Notes: a model not told the origin generated them from the sequence alone. Shown: positions 15,272 through 24,980, counted from the first letter of the stretch. The stretch: 56,682 nt of DNA from Candidatus Micrarchaeota archaeon (GCA_023247085.1 JAHFHC010000004.1:1-56682); one strand, 5' to 3'. Translations and numbers: made by a program.

Positions 15272-16141
15272 TCAGCAGGTTACGAGGTAGTCAAATAGGT
15301 TGTCTAGAAAAGATTTGCTGTTAAGTGCTTCTAGTGGGAATGCAAAATATAAGATTCTGCCAATGTATTTCTTTTCTAGAATTGCAGGAAACGTTTCTTG
15401 CCCGTATTTGATATTTGCAAGTAAGTTTAAGTCATCGTTTTGGTTAACAACGGATAGTACACTACCCTGCGCAACTGGAATTACGTTTATTCCAGAGAGC
15501 AACAAGTGGTCGCGTATAACTGGAGTAAGCAACGTAGAGGAAGTTGCTGGCTTACTTCCAATGTAACCGCCTAAAAACTTATTGCCGAATTCGCCAAAGC
15601 CTTGTTGTGTACCGTAAGCTTCTTGGAACCAAGAGTAATAATCCTTACCAGTTTCATTGAACCAATTGAGTTTCGTTTGGTTAACTTGCCTTGCCTCTTC
15701 CAAGTCTCGCGGGTCAAGCGCCTGGTGAGACAATGAATCACTAGTCCACACTAAGCTCCCGCCACTATTTAGGTACTTTTCTAAAGCAGATAAAGCTCGA
15801 AATGAAACGGTCTTGTCTTTTTCAAGCACTATTACTTCGTACCTCGAGAGTAAACTAGGGCTAATATCTTCAAGCCGCACTAGCTCAGTTCGCAACGAAG
15901 GCCGAGTATTAGAAAGCGAGGTGACAAGCGCTTCTGGATCGCCAGCGCCATCAGGCCCATAGACAAACCCGACAACAGAGTGCTTTTGTTCAATATAAGT
16001 GCAGTAAACCCCTTGCCAGCCAGGGATAACGGTTGGGTGAATTACTTTGAATTTAGTAACAACAACTAGCAAAACAATCAACAGTACGACAAGTACCACT
16101 ATGTGAGTTAAGTCCCTTACAACCGAAGGTTTGTCAACCAT
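15272..16141 (-). CDS. Membrane-anchored extracellular protein with GATase1/ThuA-like fold (paralog B)
   Basis: N-terminal TM; YEVIVLE, SGGSLVWTSD, HLLL and GRILYFAFP, colinear with 14314-15141. Confidence 0.55.
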   Translation of the reverse strand: MVDKPSVVRDLTHIVVLVVLLIVLLVVVTKFKVIHPTVIPGWQGVYCTYIEQKHSVVGFVYGPDGAGDPEALVTSLSNTRPSLRTELVRLEDISPSLLSRYEVIVLEKDKTVSFRALSALEKYLNSGGSLVWTSDSLSHQALDPRDLEEARQVNQTKLNWFNETGKDYYSWFQEAYGTQQGFGEFGNKFLGGYIGSKPATSSTLLTPVIRDHLLLSGINVIPVAQGSVLSVVNQNDDLNLLANIKYGQETFPAILEKKYIGRILYFAFPLEALNSKSFLDNLFDYLVTC

Positions 16142-16290
16142 TATTACACGCTAGTTATTTCGCTCTCAAGTAATTTTAAACCATTTGCTGAACAAAACCG
16201 GGCACACAGGTTAACTCCCGCACGTCACGGCATACAACTAGAAGGATTAAAAATGTAAATCCTCTAAATTAGTATACAGGCGATTTACAA

Positions 16291-16449
16291 ATGGCACAAG
16301 ATAGAATACAAACTCCTTCAACAAGCGCGGGCTTAATGCGTTTCTACGATGAAACAACCTCATCTATTCAAATTGACCCACGAGTAATTGTCGCAGTATG
16401 TGTGGGCGTTATACTAATAGAATTAATACTACAATTTCTCGTAAGGTAA
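16291..16449 (+). CDS. Preprotein translocase subunit Sec61-beta (not in ORF track)
   Basis: Hand translation MAQDRIQTPSTSAGLMRFYDETTSSIQIDPRVIVAVCVGVILIELILQFLVR*, with the hallmark AGLMRFYDE...IDP plus TM. Confidence 0.92.
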   Translation: MAQDRIQTPSTSAGLMRFYDETTSSIQIDPRVIVAVCVGVILIELILQFLVR

Positions 16450-16476
16450 AGGGGGTATAATCAAACTTCGCCTAAG

Positions 16477-16971
16477 CTATTTAACTAATAAGAAGTAGCC
16501 TTTTCGTTTTTCTATTAATTCTCCACGTTCCTTCATAATTGCAACTACAGGCACTAGCTGCTGCATTGGCAACCCGCTTTCAGTTACAAGTTGAGCAAAG
16601 GTTTTTTCAACGTCCAATAATGGAGAGGTTTTTGCAGCAACTCGCGCATACAGTTCATTTGTAATTAAATAATATTTCTTGTCTGAGCCAAACGTGGCGA
16701 TTACTTCACCTTTGCGTAGCTGTAGTTCAACTTTTTTAGACGCTTCACGGGCAGCGGCCTCAGTTGAAAAAACTTGCAAATCACTTATTTTCAAAACAGA
16801 CTGCACCGCGGTTTTAACACGACTTTCTAGAAATTGCCGAGTTGCAAGAACCATTACTCCTTGCTCAACTTCGAAGAATTCCAAATCTGAATTTTCACTA
16901 AGCCCTAGCTTTTTGCATAAGTTGTCTGGAACAACAATTGCAAAAGAATTACCGTGTTTGAAAAGACGCAT
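16477..16971 (-). CDS. AbrB/SpoVT-domain DNA-binding protein with C-terminal winged-helix-like region
   Basis: FKHGNSFAIVVPDNLCKKLGL...LEFF; C-terminal MKERGELIEKRKGYF. Confidence 0.7.
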   Translation of the reverse strand: MRLFKHGNSFAIVVPDNLCKKLGLSENSDLEFFEVEQGVMVLATRQFLESRVKTAVQSVLKISDLQVFSTEAAAREASKKVELQLRKGEVIATFGSDKKYYLITNELYARVAAKTSPLLDVEKTFAQLVTESGLPMQQLVPVVAIMKERGELIEKRKGYFLLVK

Positions 16972-17088
16972 GGTACTATATGGAAGGCTAGGGAATTAAT
17001 ATTTTTCTAAGCAAATTACTTTCTCTTTTTGTTCCTTTTTTTACGCGAAATGATTTTGAAACACCGAAGCAGCAGTAAATGCTAGAAT

Positions 17089-19338
17089 ATGATACAACCG
17101 CAAATCATCGCCACGCTAATATTGTGTTTAATTCTATTTGCAAATTGCGCAAGTGCTTTTGCTGAATTAATTCCAAGCAGTGACTTCGCAGTTACAATTG
17201 ACAAGGGGATTTATGTAAATTGCGGCGAACTAAACGGAATTGATAACTTTGAACGTGGCGCACTACAATTGGAAAAAACAGATGAAAAAGCAGTTTCTGC
17301 ATATGGTGATTTGCAACTTGCATCTGCACTTGCTGCGCCAATAGTTCAAGTTTCAGTAAATATTATTTCACCAATTCTAGTACAAGGGCCAGCAAACTAC
17401 CTATGCCTCGTTGCCTCAATAAGTAGTTTACAAAAATCACTCGATGCTGCAAAAGAAATAGCAAGGCAAATAGATGAGGAGTCAACTTCGCTTGAATTTG
17501 AAATCGGAAGTAACTTCACAGGTCCTGGTGCAAATGAATTAATTGCATTTAATGAAATAAACCACGGACAAGGTGAATTGGGAAAAACTGCTTTGCAACT
17601 CCAATCAGATTATAGCCAAAGCTTATTGCAAATAAACTTACACAACCCAAGCAAAACAGCCACCACTGCAAAGACACTGTTAGAAAAAAATGGCGGATTG
17701 CAACAAATGGAAAAGTTTTTGCAAACTTTAAAAAAAAGTAAAGACGAATTAAAGGAACTTGAAGACTCGCTTCTTGCACAGTTTGATGAGAAAGACTCGC
17801 AAACTAAAAATAAGATAGCTGAACTAAAACAACAAGATATAGGCCAACTGGGGGAAATTCAACTAATTAAATTACAATATAGCAACAACGCAATGGTTAC
17901 AAAAGTAACTTCAATTGCAACTACCCCCGCTGGTTTGCTCAAACAAAGCGAAGTATATCAATCGCAAGGAGAGGCGCTTTATAAGTCGCTTGGTAAATAC
18001 AAAAACTACGGCAGGGCGGCTAATAGAATAAACACTTTGGAAAAAGCAATTTCAAAAACTGCGCTTGCACAAAGTGCAGCTGACGATAGCTTAAGTGCAG
18101 CGCAAGGTATCGCTTTGCTTTTACAAGAAGAAGTGGACAACTTGCAAGTTGATGCAAAAAAAATTGAATCACCGTTTGGAAAACTAGCAATTGAACATTT
18201 ATTTGACAAGTTTAAAACAGGAACAACTCTTGCGCAAGACATAATCAACTTAAACCAATTAGCAAGCGAATTAAAAGAGTTAATACAAGTTTACAATGGC
18301 ACTATAACTGAACAGGATAAAACCGAATTACGCGTAGATATACGTGAAGTACAAAGAATTGCATTAAGCGCACAGAAACTTGGGCTTACGCCTGCATCTG
18401 AAATTTTCAAAAAACTCAGTGATACGTATGATTTAATTGAAAAGGCAAAAACAGGTGCTGATTTAATGAAACTAAAGCTTGAAACTCAACAAAACAAGAA
18501 TCTGCTATTTTCGCTAATTGAACAAAAATACAATTACTTAAAAAACCAGTATAGCGACGCAACACAACTAGAGGAACAAAATATATATACTCCTTTAGAA
18601 GAGAATCAGCTAGATGATTTGCGTGATGTTTTTACAACTGACAAATTGCCAGAAAACATCGATTCAATTACAAAAATAGAGAATAGTTTAAAACAATTAA
18701 TTCAAACCGGCCTTAAGCGAGTTGGACAAACAAACTCAACTTTGCCTAAAATAGTAAACACTAATGGAACAATAGCTGCAAATACTTCAACTGTGATGAT
18801 GCCAGCCAAAAGCGCAGCGGTTACGCAGAACAACACAAGTATTGAAACAATTGACTTCAATGCGATTTCAGAAAAATTAAAAGAAATTGAAGAAAAAGGC
18901 ACAAAGGCATTTTATTCGCCGGCAAAAAGTAAAAAAACGCTAGAAGAGATTAAGTTTGAAAATTTGCTGAAAGAAGCTCAAGCAAAAGCAAAGGAATTGA
19001 TAAAAAATCCAACTAACGAAAAAGCGGAAGAAGTGAAAAAGAATTTAGAAGGTATGGAAGCAGTTCTTTCAACAGTTGAGAAAAATACTGAATTAGAAAT
19101 TGCAATTGCAGAACAACGGGGCAATAATGTTGATGACGCAACAGCTAAATGGAAAGAAGGTCGGTTTATCGAAGCGCTGCAAGCCACTCCAACGGCAAAA
19201 AAAACTCAACTATCTGAAATAACTGGGCAAGTGGTTAAAACCGACGACTCAAAATTATGGGCCATTGGGATAAGCTTAGTGATAATTTTAATAGGCGCCG
19301 CGTATTTGTTTTACATGAAGAAAGATGAACCCGCTTGA
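17089..19338 (+). CDS. Large secreted, C-terminally anchored coiled-coil protein
   Basis: N-terminal signal peptide, long heptad-rich helical body, C-terminal TM (LWAIGISLVIILIGAAYLFY). Confidence 0.65.
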   Translation: MIQPQIIATLILCLILFANCASAFAELIPSSDFAVTIDKGIYVNCGELNGIDNFERGALQLEKTDEKAVSAYGDLQLASALAAPIVQVSVNIISPILVQGPANYLCLVASISSLQKSLDAAKEIARQIDEESTSLEFEIGSNFTGPGANELIAFNEINHGQGELGKTALQLQSDYSQSLLQINLHNPSKTATTAKTLLEKNGGLQQMEKFLQTLKKSKDELKELEDSLLAQFDEKDSQTKNKIAELKQQDIGQLGEIQLIKLQYSNNAMVTKVTSIATTPAGLLKQSEVYQSQGEALYKSLGKYKNYGRAANRINTLEKAISKTALAQSAADDSLSAAQGIALLLQEEVDNLQVDAKKIESPFGKLAIEHLFDKFKTGTTLAQDIINLNQLASELKELIQVYNGTITEQDKTELRVDIREVQRIALSAQKLGLTPASEIFKKLSDTYDLIEKAKTGADLMKLKLETQQNKNLLFSLIEQKYNYLKNQYSDATQLEEQNIYTPLEENQLDDLRDVFTTDKLPENIDSITKIENSLKQLIQTGLKRVGQTNSTLPKIVNTNGTIAANTSTVMMPAKSAAVTQNNTSIETIDFNAISEKLKEIEEKGTKAFYSPAKSKKTLEEIKFENLLKEAQAKAKELIKNPTNEKAEEVKKNLEGMEAVLSTVEKNTELEIAIAEQRGNNVDDATAKWKEGRFIEALQATPTAKKTQLSEITGQVVKTDDSKLWAIGISLVIILIGAAYLFYMKKDEPA

Positions 19339-19954
19339 AAACATACTAAACGTATTCGGCAAAAAAAAGCTGCCATTACATGAATTAAAATGGAAGATTC
19401 CAGAAGCTAGGCTTACTGCAGCGGTTGATGACATAGAAAAATATATCGGACTCTTACGCCGCAAAACCCGCTTTATAACCGGCGGCGAATTCCTAGATAC
19501 AGTTTACTATAAAGAATATGGAGAAAACACTTATGCTTATTTCACTATACGCGTTGACTCTAAAACACAGCAAGAAAACTTATTGTTCGACGGCTACATG
19601 ATTCAAGAAGAGGATAAACTGGACTTAGAAGTTGCAAGTGCTTACACTATTCAAAATTACTTGGAAAAACTAGGCTACAAAAAAGGGTTTGACCGCAGCT
19701 TAACGATTTGGAAATTCACAGCAGGCATAATCACCTTAACAGCTTATAGCATAGATGACTTTGGAGATTTTGTAGAAATTTCACTTCCCGGCACTAAGTT
19801 TGTAAAAGCAAGGGAAGCAACTGAACAATTTGCATTTAACTTATTTGAAAAAATCGGGATAAAAAAAGACGACGTGATCCCAACTGACTTGAACACATTG
19901 CAATTAATGCAAATGAAAGACAATGGAAAAGAAACTGGCGGAAAACTATTTTGA
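19325..19954 (+). CDS. CYTH-like domain protein
   Basis: HELKWK (ExExK-like), DTVYY, LEKLGY and DDFGDFVEI. Confidence 0.7.
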   Translation: MNPLENILNVFGKKKLPLHELKWKIPEARLTAAVDDIEKYIGLLRRKTRFITGGEFLDTVYYKEYGENTYAYFTIRVDSKTQQENLLFDGYMIQEEDKLDLEVASAYTIQNYLEKLGYKKGFDRSLTIWKFTAGIITLTAYSIDDFGDFVEISLPGTKFVKAREATEQFAFNLFEKIGIKKDDVIPTDLNTLQLMQMKDNGKETGGKLF

Positions 19955-20042
19955 AAATATATAGATTAAAAAAAGCAATTTAAGAAAATAAAAACTTTAA
20001 AAAAATTTGACAGAAGTTTAAAGATAAAAAGAAAAAAGCGGA

Positions 20043-20177
20043 TTATTCTTCTTCTTCGGTTTCTTCATCGTCGAAGTCATCATCTTCCCATTCTTCTTCG
20101 TCCCACTCTTCGTCATCTTTTTCGTCTTCTACATCTTCTTCTTTCTTTGCTGTTAACATTGGTACGATTATAGCCAT
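20043..20177 (-). CDS. Small highly acidic peptide (44 aa), not in ORF track
   Basis: Hand translation MAIIVPMLTAKKEEDVEDEKDDEEWDEEEWEDDDFDDEETEEEE*; directly downstream of the AK6 gene. Confidence 0.55.
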   Translation of the reverse strand: MAIIVPMLTAKKEEDVEDEKDDEEWDEEEWEDDDFDDEETEEEE

Positions 20178-20218
20178 AAATAAAATAACCTCGTGAGTAC
20201 GTTATAACGATTAAAAGC

Positions 20219-20746
20219 TTATAAACCTTGCGAAGCGAGCCAAAATAATTCCTTTCCCCAGTTAACTTTTTCACCTTTTCGCTGTTTGATTGCTTTGAGT
20301 AACTTCGCTAGGGAAACGCGTTTCGTCGAGTTGATTTCTACAAAATTCTTCTTGTAAAAACGTTCAACTAAAATTGGAAAATAATCTTGAGCTTCTGCTA
20401 ACAAATTGTCAAAAAGCTTTTCTCGCGCATAGTGGCGTTTTGCTAAACGTTTTTGTAAAACTCTAGGGTTACAACGTAAAATAACAACTAAATCGCAAGG
20501 GATTTTTATTTCGCAAGCTAAGTGGCCGTCTAAAACAAAGTTCGTTTTATTTTTTAGTGATTTTTGCAATACGTTTTGCAACTTTTTCAAGTCAATTTCA
20601 AACTCACGAGCGCTAGTTTTTTTTAATACGGCAAATTTTTTTGCAATCACATTGAGGTCAATGTATTCACAGCGCAATTCAGCCGCGAGTTCTTTAGCTA
20701 GCGTTGACTTACCTGAGCCAGGTACACCAGTAATTACTATTTTCAT
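20219..20746 (-). CDS. Adenylate kinase family protein, AK6/Fap7 type
   Basis: GVPGSGKST, LDGHL (hhhDGH) and LRCNP..L..RLAKRHY. Confidence 0.9.
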   Translation of the reverse strand: MKIVITGVPGSGKSTLAKELAAELRCEYIDLNVIAKKFAVLKKTSAREFEIDLKKLQNVLQKSLKNKTNFVLDGHLACEIKIPCDLVVILRCNPRVLQKRLAKRHYAREKLFDNLLAEAQDYFPILVERFYKKNFVEINSTKRVSLAKLLKAIKQRKGEKVNWGKELFWLASQGL

Positions 20747-21381
20747 GTTTCTTTCCTCAATTTAAGCAATTTCTTCAACTCTGCAGATGGGCGCCAATAT
20801 TCGACGTCGTAAATATGAATTCTGTCATCCGCCCCAATAAAAAACTGCGGGTCGTCTTCATGTCCATTTTTAAAAATATCTCTAGGTATAATTCCAACCT
20901 CGCGCAATTTATCTATAAATTGCCTTACTCGCTTAAGATGCTGTGAGTTATGCATAGCTAAAATTGTAAATGGTTCGCCTAAGGCATTTACACCATGGCC
21001 CTCTATTTTTAGTGGAATAGCTCGATAAAAAACATGGGGCGAAGTGTTTGAACTATAATGTACCGCAAGTGGTTCCTCTACAGTTATATCGTGGAAACCA
21101 TTTGCCTTTGCAACTTGATTTGCAAACCTCGCTACTTTTGCCTCGTTCACTGCGGATAATGCCCCCACTCCCGTCCAATACAAGCTTTTGCGTACAAAGT
21201 GTTCATTTGGCAAAATGCGGCTCTTGAAACGGTGTACTCTACCGCTTAACGCGCCTATTAGCTCTAAATTAGCAGGATCAAAATGCTTGGCTTCGAACTC
21301 GTGCCCCGGAAGAACAGCTACGGTTACTCGTTCTTTTCCTTTTCCGAAACGCTTTACTTCAAGCGAACTGTTTTTGGCCAT
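20743..21381 (-). CDS. Hypothetical protein with divergent protein-kinase-like fold
   Basis: FVRK, NEAK, GIIPRD, QFFI and IHIYDVE resemble kinase subdomains II, III, VIb and VII. Confidence 0.45.
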   Translation of the reverse strand: MAKNSSLEVKRFGKGKERVTVAVLPGHEFEAKHFDPANLELIGALSGRVHRFKSRILPNEHFVRKSLYWTGVGALSAVNEAKVARFANQVAKANGFHDITVEEPLAVHYSSNTSPHVFYRAIPLKIEGHGVNALGEPFTILAMHNSQHLKRVRQFIDKLREVGIIPRDIFKNGHEDDPQFFIGADDRIHIYDVEYWRPSAELKKLLKLRKET

Positions 21382-21503
21382 GAGCTTTAAACGCGATGGA
21401 GTTTAATAATATATGAAGACAGTTCGACAAGACGGAGATATAGGCTGTAGAGTAGCCGGGTATCGCAAAACTTATCGGCAAAGGCAAAGTACGTTTTTTT
21501 CTA

Positions 21504-21736
21504 TTATAAGTTTTGTCTTAACTTTTCGTATTCGTCTCTTGAAATATTTACTTGGCGCAGTATTTCTAGAGTTAACCAAGACTTATCTCTTCATTTCCAT
21601 GTAAAGGAACCGTTGTTTTTCTTCCATCTGAATGTATATATCTAACATGACTTCCGACTTGGTGCACTTTTTGAAAGCCAAGTTGTTCAACTAGTTTGCA
21701 CATCTTCTTGCCGGAAATAGGAATGAGTCTAGTCAC
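21504..21736 (-). pseudogene. hicA: HicA toxin, frameshifted by a 1-nt deletion
   Basis: GTG 21736: MTRLIPISGKKMCKLVEQLGFQKVHQVGSHVRYIHSDGRKTTVPLHGNEEISLG* (TAA 21574-21572). The shifted frame continues TLEILRQVNISRDEYEKLRQNL* to 21504. Total 233 nt = 234-1. Confidence 0.85.
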
Positions 21737-21748
21737 AGTAAATAGAAA

Positions 21749-21976
21749 TTAGACTTGCACTTGAACTTTTTGCAATCCGATAAATTTAAGGGTAGGTAAA
21801 GGTAAAGTTTCGGCTTCTAGGCAAACTTGAATGGCTTCTTTTACACGTTCAAGAGCTTGTTGAACTGTTTTTCCTTGAGTTGCACAACCTTTAAGGTCTG
21901 GAACTTTTGCAATAAACCAGCCGTTCTCATCTTGCTCGATTAAAACTAAGAAATCAAATACTTTTTTGGCTTCCAT
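21749..21976 (-). CDS. hicB: HicB family antitoxin
   Basis: VLIEQDENGWFIAKVPDLKGCATQGKT..QALERVKEAI. Confidence 0.93.
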   Translation of the reverse strand: MEAKKVFDFLVLIEQDENGWFIAKVPDLKGCATQGKTVQQALERVKEAIQVCLEAETLPLPTLKFIGLQKVQVQV

Positions 21977-22033
21977 AATAATTTATAGTCGCCCCTCGAC
22001 ATTTAAATCTAATGTAACGTGACAACAAATTAC

Positions 22034-23938
22034 TTACTTCAATCTCGTGCTGTCTAGGTTCATTGGTGCTCTTGCGTCAATGTGCATCATTCTTGACAAG
22101 GAGCGGGATAAGTCATCGCATTTTGCCTCGTCACCATGAATATTTATGATGCGCGATGGTTTTGGACGCAAAGCGCGAACGTATGCCATTAGTTGGTTTC
22201 GGTCACTGTGGCCTGAAAAAGCGTCTGCGGTTTCAACTTGGAGATTAACTTTTAATGTATCGAGTTTGTTTTTGTCGTTTATAACTGGCACTTCTTTTGA
22301 ACCCATTTGGATTTTTCTTCCAAGTGAAGTTGCGCTTTGGTAGCCCACGAATATAATTGAATTGCGCTCGTCGTGTGCAAGTAATTTCAAGAACTCTACG
22401 CTGGATCCACCGGTTAACATTCCACTAGGTGCTAGGATTACTGCCGGGTCATCGGATTCTGCAATGTCTTTTCTATTTTTTGGCACGACATTTGAAAATA
22501 ATGGTTTGTCAAATGGTGAATCGTTTTGCAATATGCGTCGTTGAATGTTGTGGCGTAAATACTCGGGGTAAACCGTGTGTATGCCGCTTGCTTCTTTTGA
22601 CATGCCGTCGATGTAAACTTTTAGCCCCATGTCTTCGCGGAATTGTTCTTCTAATATCAACATTATTTCTTGTGATCGTCCAACTGAAAATACTGGAATT
22701 AGTACTTTGCCGCGTCGTTCCATTGTTTGTCGGACTACTCTTGCAATTTTTGCTGCTCCTTCTTCAATTGGAGGCTGCATGTCGTGACTGCCGCCGTAGG
22801 TTGATTCCATTATCAAAGTTTCAACGCGTGGGAAGCGAGTATCAGCCGGGTCAAGTAACTTTGTGCGGCCGTACTTGAAGTCTCCGGTTATAACTAAGTT
22901 ATGCAGCCCTTCTCCAACGTGCAAATGCACTTGGCTGGAGCCTAGAATGTGGCCAGCGTTGTAAAACGTAAACCGCACTTCAGGCGTAACATCAGTTACT
23001 TCACCGTACTCGCGAGTAATCGTATGACTGAGCATCTTCTTGATGTCTTTTTCACCGTATGGCGAGCCTTTTCCTTCGCCGTTCATTACGTTTATACAAT
23101 CTTGCAATAACAGCACGGTTAAGTCACGTGTAGCTGGCGTGCAATATAATGGGCCTTCATAGCCGTAAGCGTAGAGGAATGGAATAAAGCCAGAGTGGTC
23201 AAGATGCGCGTGAGTGAGGATAACTGCGTCGATTTGGTCAAGTGCCATACCCATTGAGTTCAAATAAGGGTACATGCGCGCTGGGTCTGAACTGTCAACA
23301 TTTAACCCACAGTCAACTAAAATGTTACTTTTTGGAGTTTGTAATAGCGTGCAAGAGCGGCCAACTTCCCTAAATCCACCAAGAGCAGTGACTTTAACCC
23401 AATCGCATGGCATTGAAGGAACAAGCATTTTTTTGCCGAGGTTAACTAAGAATTTTTTTCTATCTTCGCCAGCATGAAGCAAAGAAGCACGAATTGCCCG
23501 CACTACTTCACTTGGGCTAGTTGGGGAACGTAGAACGCGGGGGTTCCAGCCAGTTTCCAACACGATGCTTTTCAACACAAGGCCCCCTTTGCCAATTACT
23601 ACGCCTGGCTTGTGTGCTTCAATTACAACTTCGTTAAAAGCAGTGTCGAATTTAATTTCGTTGATCCCAGCATCTGGTGGAACCAATGCTTTGATTTTGT
23701 TAAGCGCCTCTTCGGGTGGCAACAAGACAGATGAATCTGAACGAAGCGTAATTTTTTTCCGGACTCTACTTGCTAATTTCGTCAACAAGTTTCGGTCTTC
23801 GTAAAACGCTTTGATGTTTTTTAAATAAAGTACAACTTGGGGACCTTCAACTTCACATTTGGTTAACTCACATTGTTTCGGCAGCACTTCTTCTATTGCG
23901 GTTTGCATTTCTTTCAAGCTTGAAAATTGTGATGTCAT
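22034..23938 (-). CDS. fttA: aCPSF1/FttA beta-CASP ribonuclease (KH-KH-MBL)
   Basis: KPGVVIGKGG, GGFREVGRS, THAHLDH, NAGHILGS, FSVGRSQE and FSGHSD. Confidence 0.97.
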   Translation of the reverse strand: MTSQFSSLKEMQTAIEEVLPKQCELTKCEVEGPQVVLYLKNIKAFYEDRNLLTKLASRVRKKITLRSDSSVLLPPEEALNKIKALVPPDAGINEIKFDTAFNEVVIEAHKPGVVIGKGGLVLKSIVLETGWNPRVLRSPTSPSEVVRAIRASLLHAGEDRKKFLVNLGKKMLVPSMPCDWVKVTALGGFREVGRSCTLLQTPKSNILVDCGLNVDSSDPARMYPYLNSMGMALDQIDAVILTHAHLDHSGFIPFLYAYGYEGPLYCTPATRDLTVLLLQDCINVMNGEGKGSPYGEKDIKKMLSHTITREYGEVTDVTPEVRFTFYNAGHILGSSQVHLHVGEGLHNLVITGDFKYGRTKLLDPADTRFPRVETLIMESTYGGSHDMQPPIEEGAAKIARVVRQTMERRGKVLIPVFSVGRSQEIMLILEEQFREDMGLKVYIDGMSKEASGIHTVYPEYLRHNIQRRILQNDSPFDKPLFSNVVPKNRKDIAESDDPAVILAPSGMLTGGSSVEFLKLLAHDERNSIIFVGYQSATSLGRKIQMGSKEVPVINDKNKLDTLKVNLQVETADAFSGHSDRNQLMAYVRALRPKPSRIINIHGDEAKCDDLSRSLSRMMHIDARAPMNLDSTRLK

Positions 23939-24039
23939 TTTTATACAAATACCTCTAATTATGAAAATTACTTACAGTAAACGTTGCGATTTTCTTATTG
24001 TTTTTAAAACCTTGGGAGAAAAAAATGGAATTCGGTAAC

Positions 24040-24741
24040 TTACTTCTTTTTTAGGAGGGTTTCAATTTCGTCTTTTGAAAGGCGTTTAGCTGAATCAGAA
24101 GTTATGACAATTACATCTACTCCTTCGCCAGTTGCACTATCGCGCTTCATAGCTGCGTTTATAGCTTTTGCTGCAAGGCGAACTGCCTCGTCGCGGGTTA
24201 AATTCTCCTTATAGTATTCATCTAGTAAGCCGTAAGCAGTTATGCTGCCTGAGCCAGTTGAAACATATGCTTTTTCTTGAATTAAACCACCAAACGGGTC
24301 AAGGTCAAACAACGCAGGCTGTGAATCATAACCAGCTACTATTAACTGAACCATGTACGGGAAGTATTTGTTTCCTTGTAACACATTGGCTAATAGAGTG
24401 CCTGCAGATTGCACTGACATTGTTTTTCCTTTTGCATAACGGTATAGTTCAAGTTCAGCTTTTAGTAACCGGACTAATACTTGCGCGTCTCCCACGCCAC
24501 CTGCAATTGTCATTGCCATTCTTTCACCGACTAAATGAACTTTGTCTACTTCTTTAGCTGCAATAAAGCTACCCATTGTTGCGCGTTTGTCAGCTGCAAC
24601 AATCACTCCCTTGTCAAAGATTATTCCAACAGTAGTTGTGCCTTTTAGTGGCTTGTATTCAAAACTAGAAGTATCCTTAGCAATGCTAGAAAGCACGCTC
24701 GGAGTAGCGATGAAAGTTGAGAAAGGAAGTGAATTTTCCAT
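24040..24741 (-). CDS. psmB: 20S proteasome beta subunit
   Basis: Propeptide plus KGTTTVG, AADKRAT, TGSGS and RDSATGEG; conserved adjacency to aCPSF1. Confidence 0.97.
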   Translation of the reverse strand: MENSLPFSTFIATPSVLSSIAKDTSSFEYKPLKGTTTVGIIFDKGVIVAADKRATMGSFIAAKEVDKVHLVGERMAMTIAGGVGDAQVLVRLLKAELELYRYAKGKTMSVQSAGTLLANVLQGNKYFPYMVQLIVAGYDSQPALFDLDPFGGLIQEKAYVSTGSGSITAYGLLDEYYKENLTRDEAVRLAAKAINAAMKRDSATGEGVDVIVITSDSAKRLSKDEIETLLKKK

Positions 24742-24887
24742 TAGTTGAGATAACACCTTTTGCTTATTATTTTTTGCTTATGCATCTTAATTTTGTAAGT
24801 ATATTGCCCAGCTAAGCTAATTTTGGATAATAATTAAAATATCGAAAACATCGCGAGGGTTTAAAACTACTTAAAAAATAATTTACG

Positions 24888-24925
24888 TAAAAACGGGATT
24901 GCCATAGTGTATATCTACGGCAACC
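24888..24925 (-). terminator. Hairpin plus U-run downstream of the FKBP gene
   Basis: Minus strand GGTTGCCGTAG-ATATACA-CTATGGCAATC (11 bp including G-U pairs valid only on the minus strand), then CCGTTTTT. Confidence 0.5.
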
Positions 24926-24980
24926 TATTTAAAAGTAATCCCCAATTGTTCGACAACCGTAATGACTAAATTACACGATT

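Noticed and set aside
21413-21604. 63-aa + strand ORF in the track
   Set aside because: It overlaps the hicA remnant antisense and has no recognisable features.
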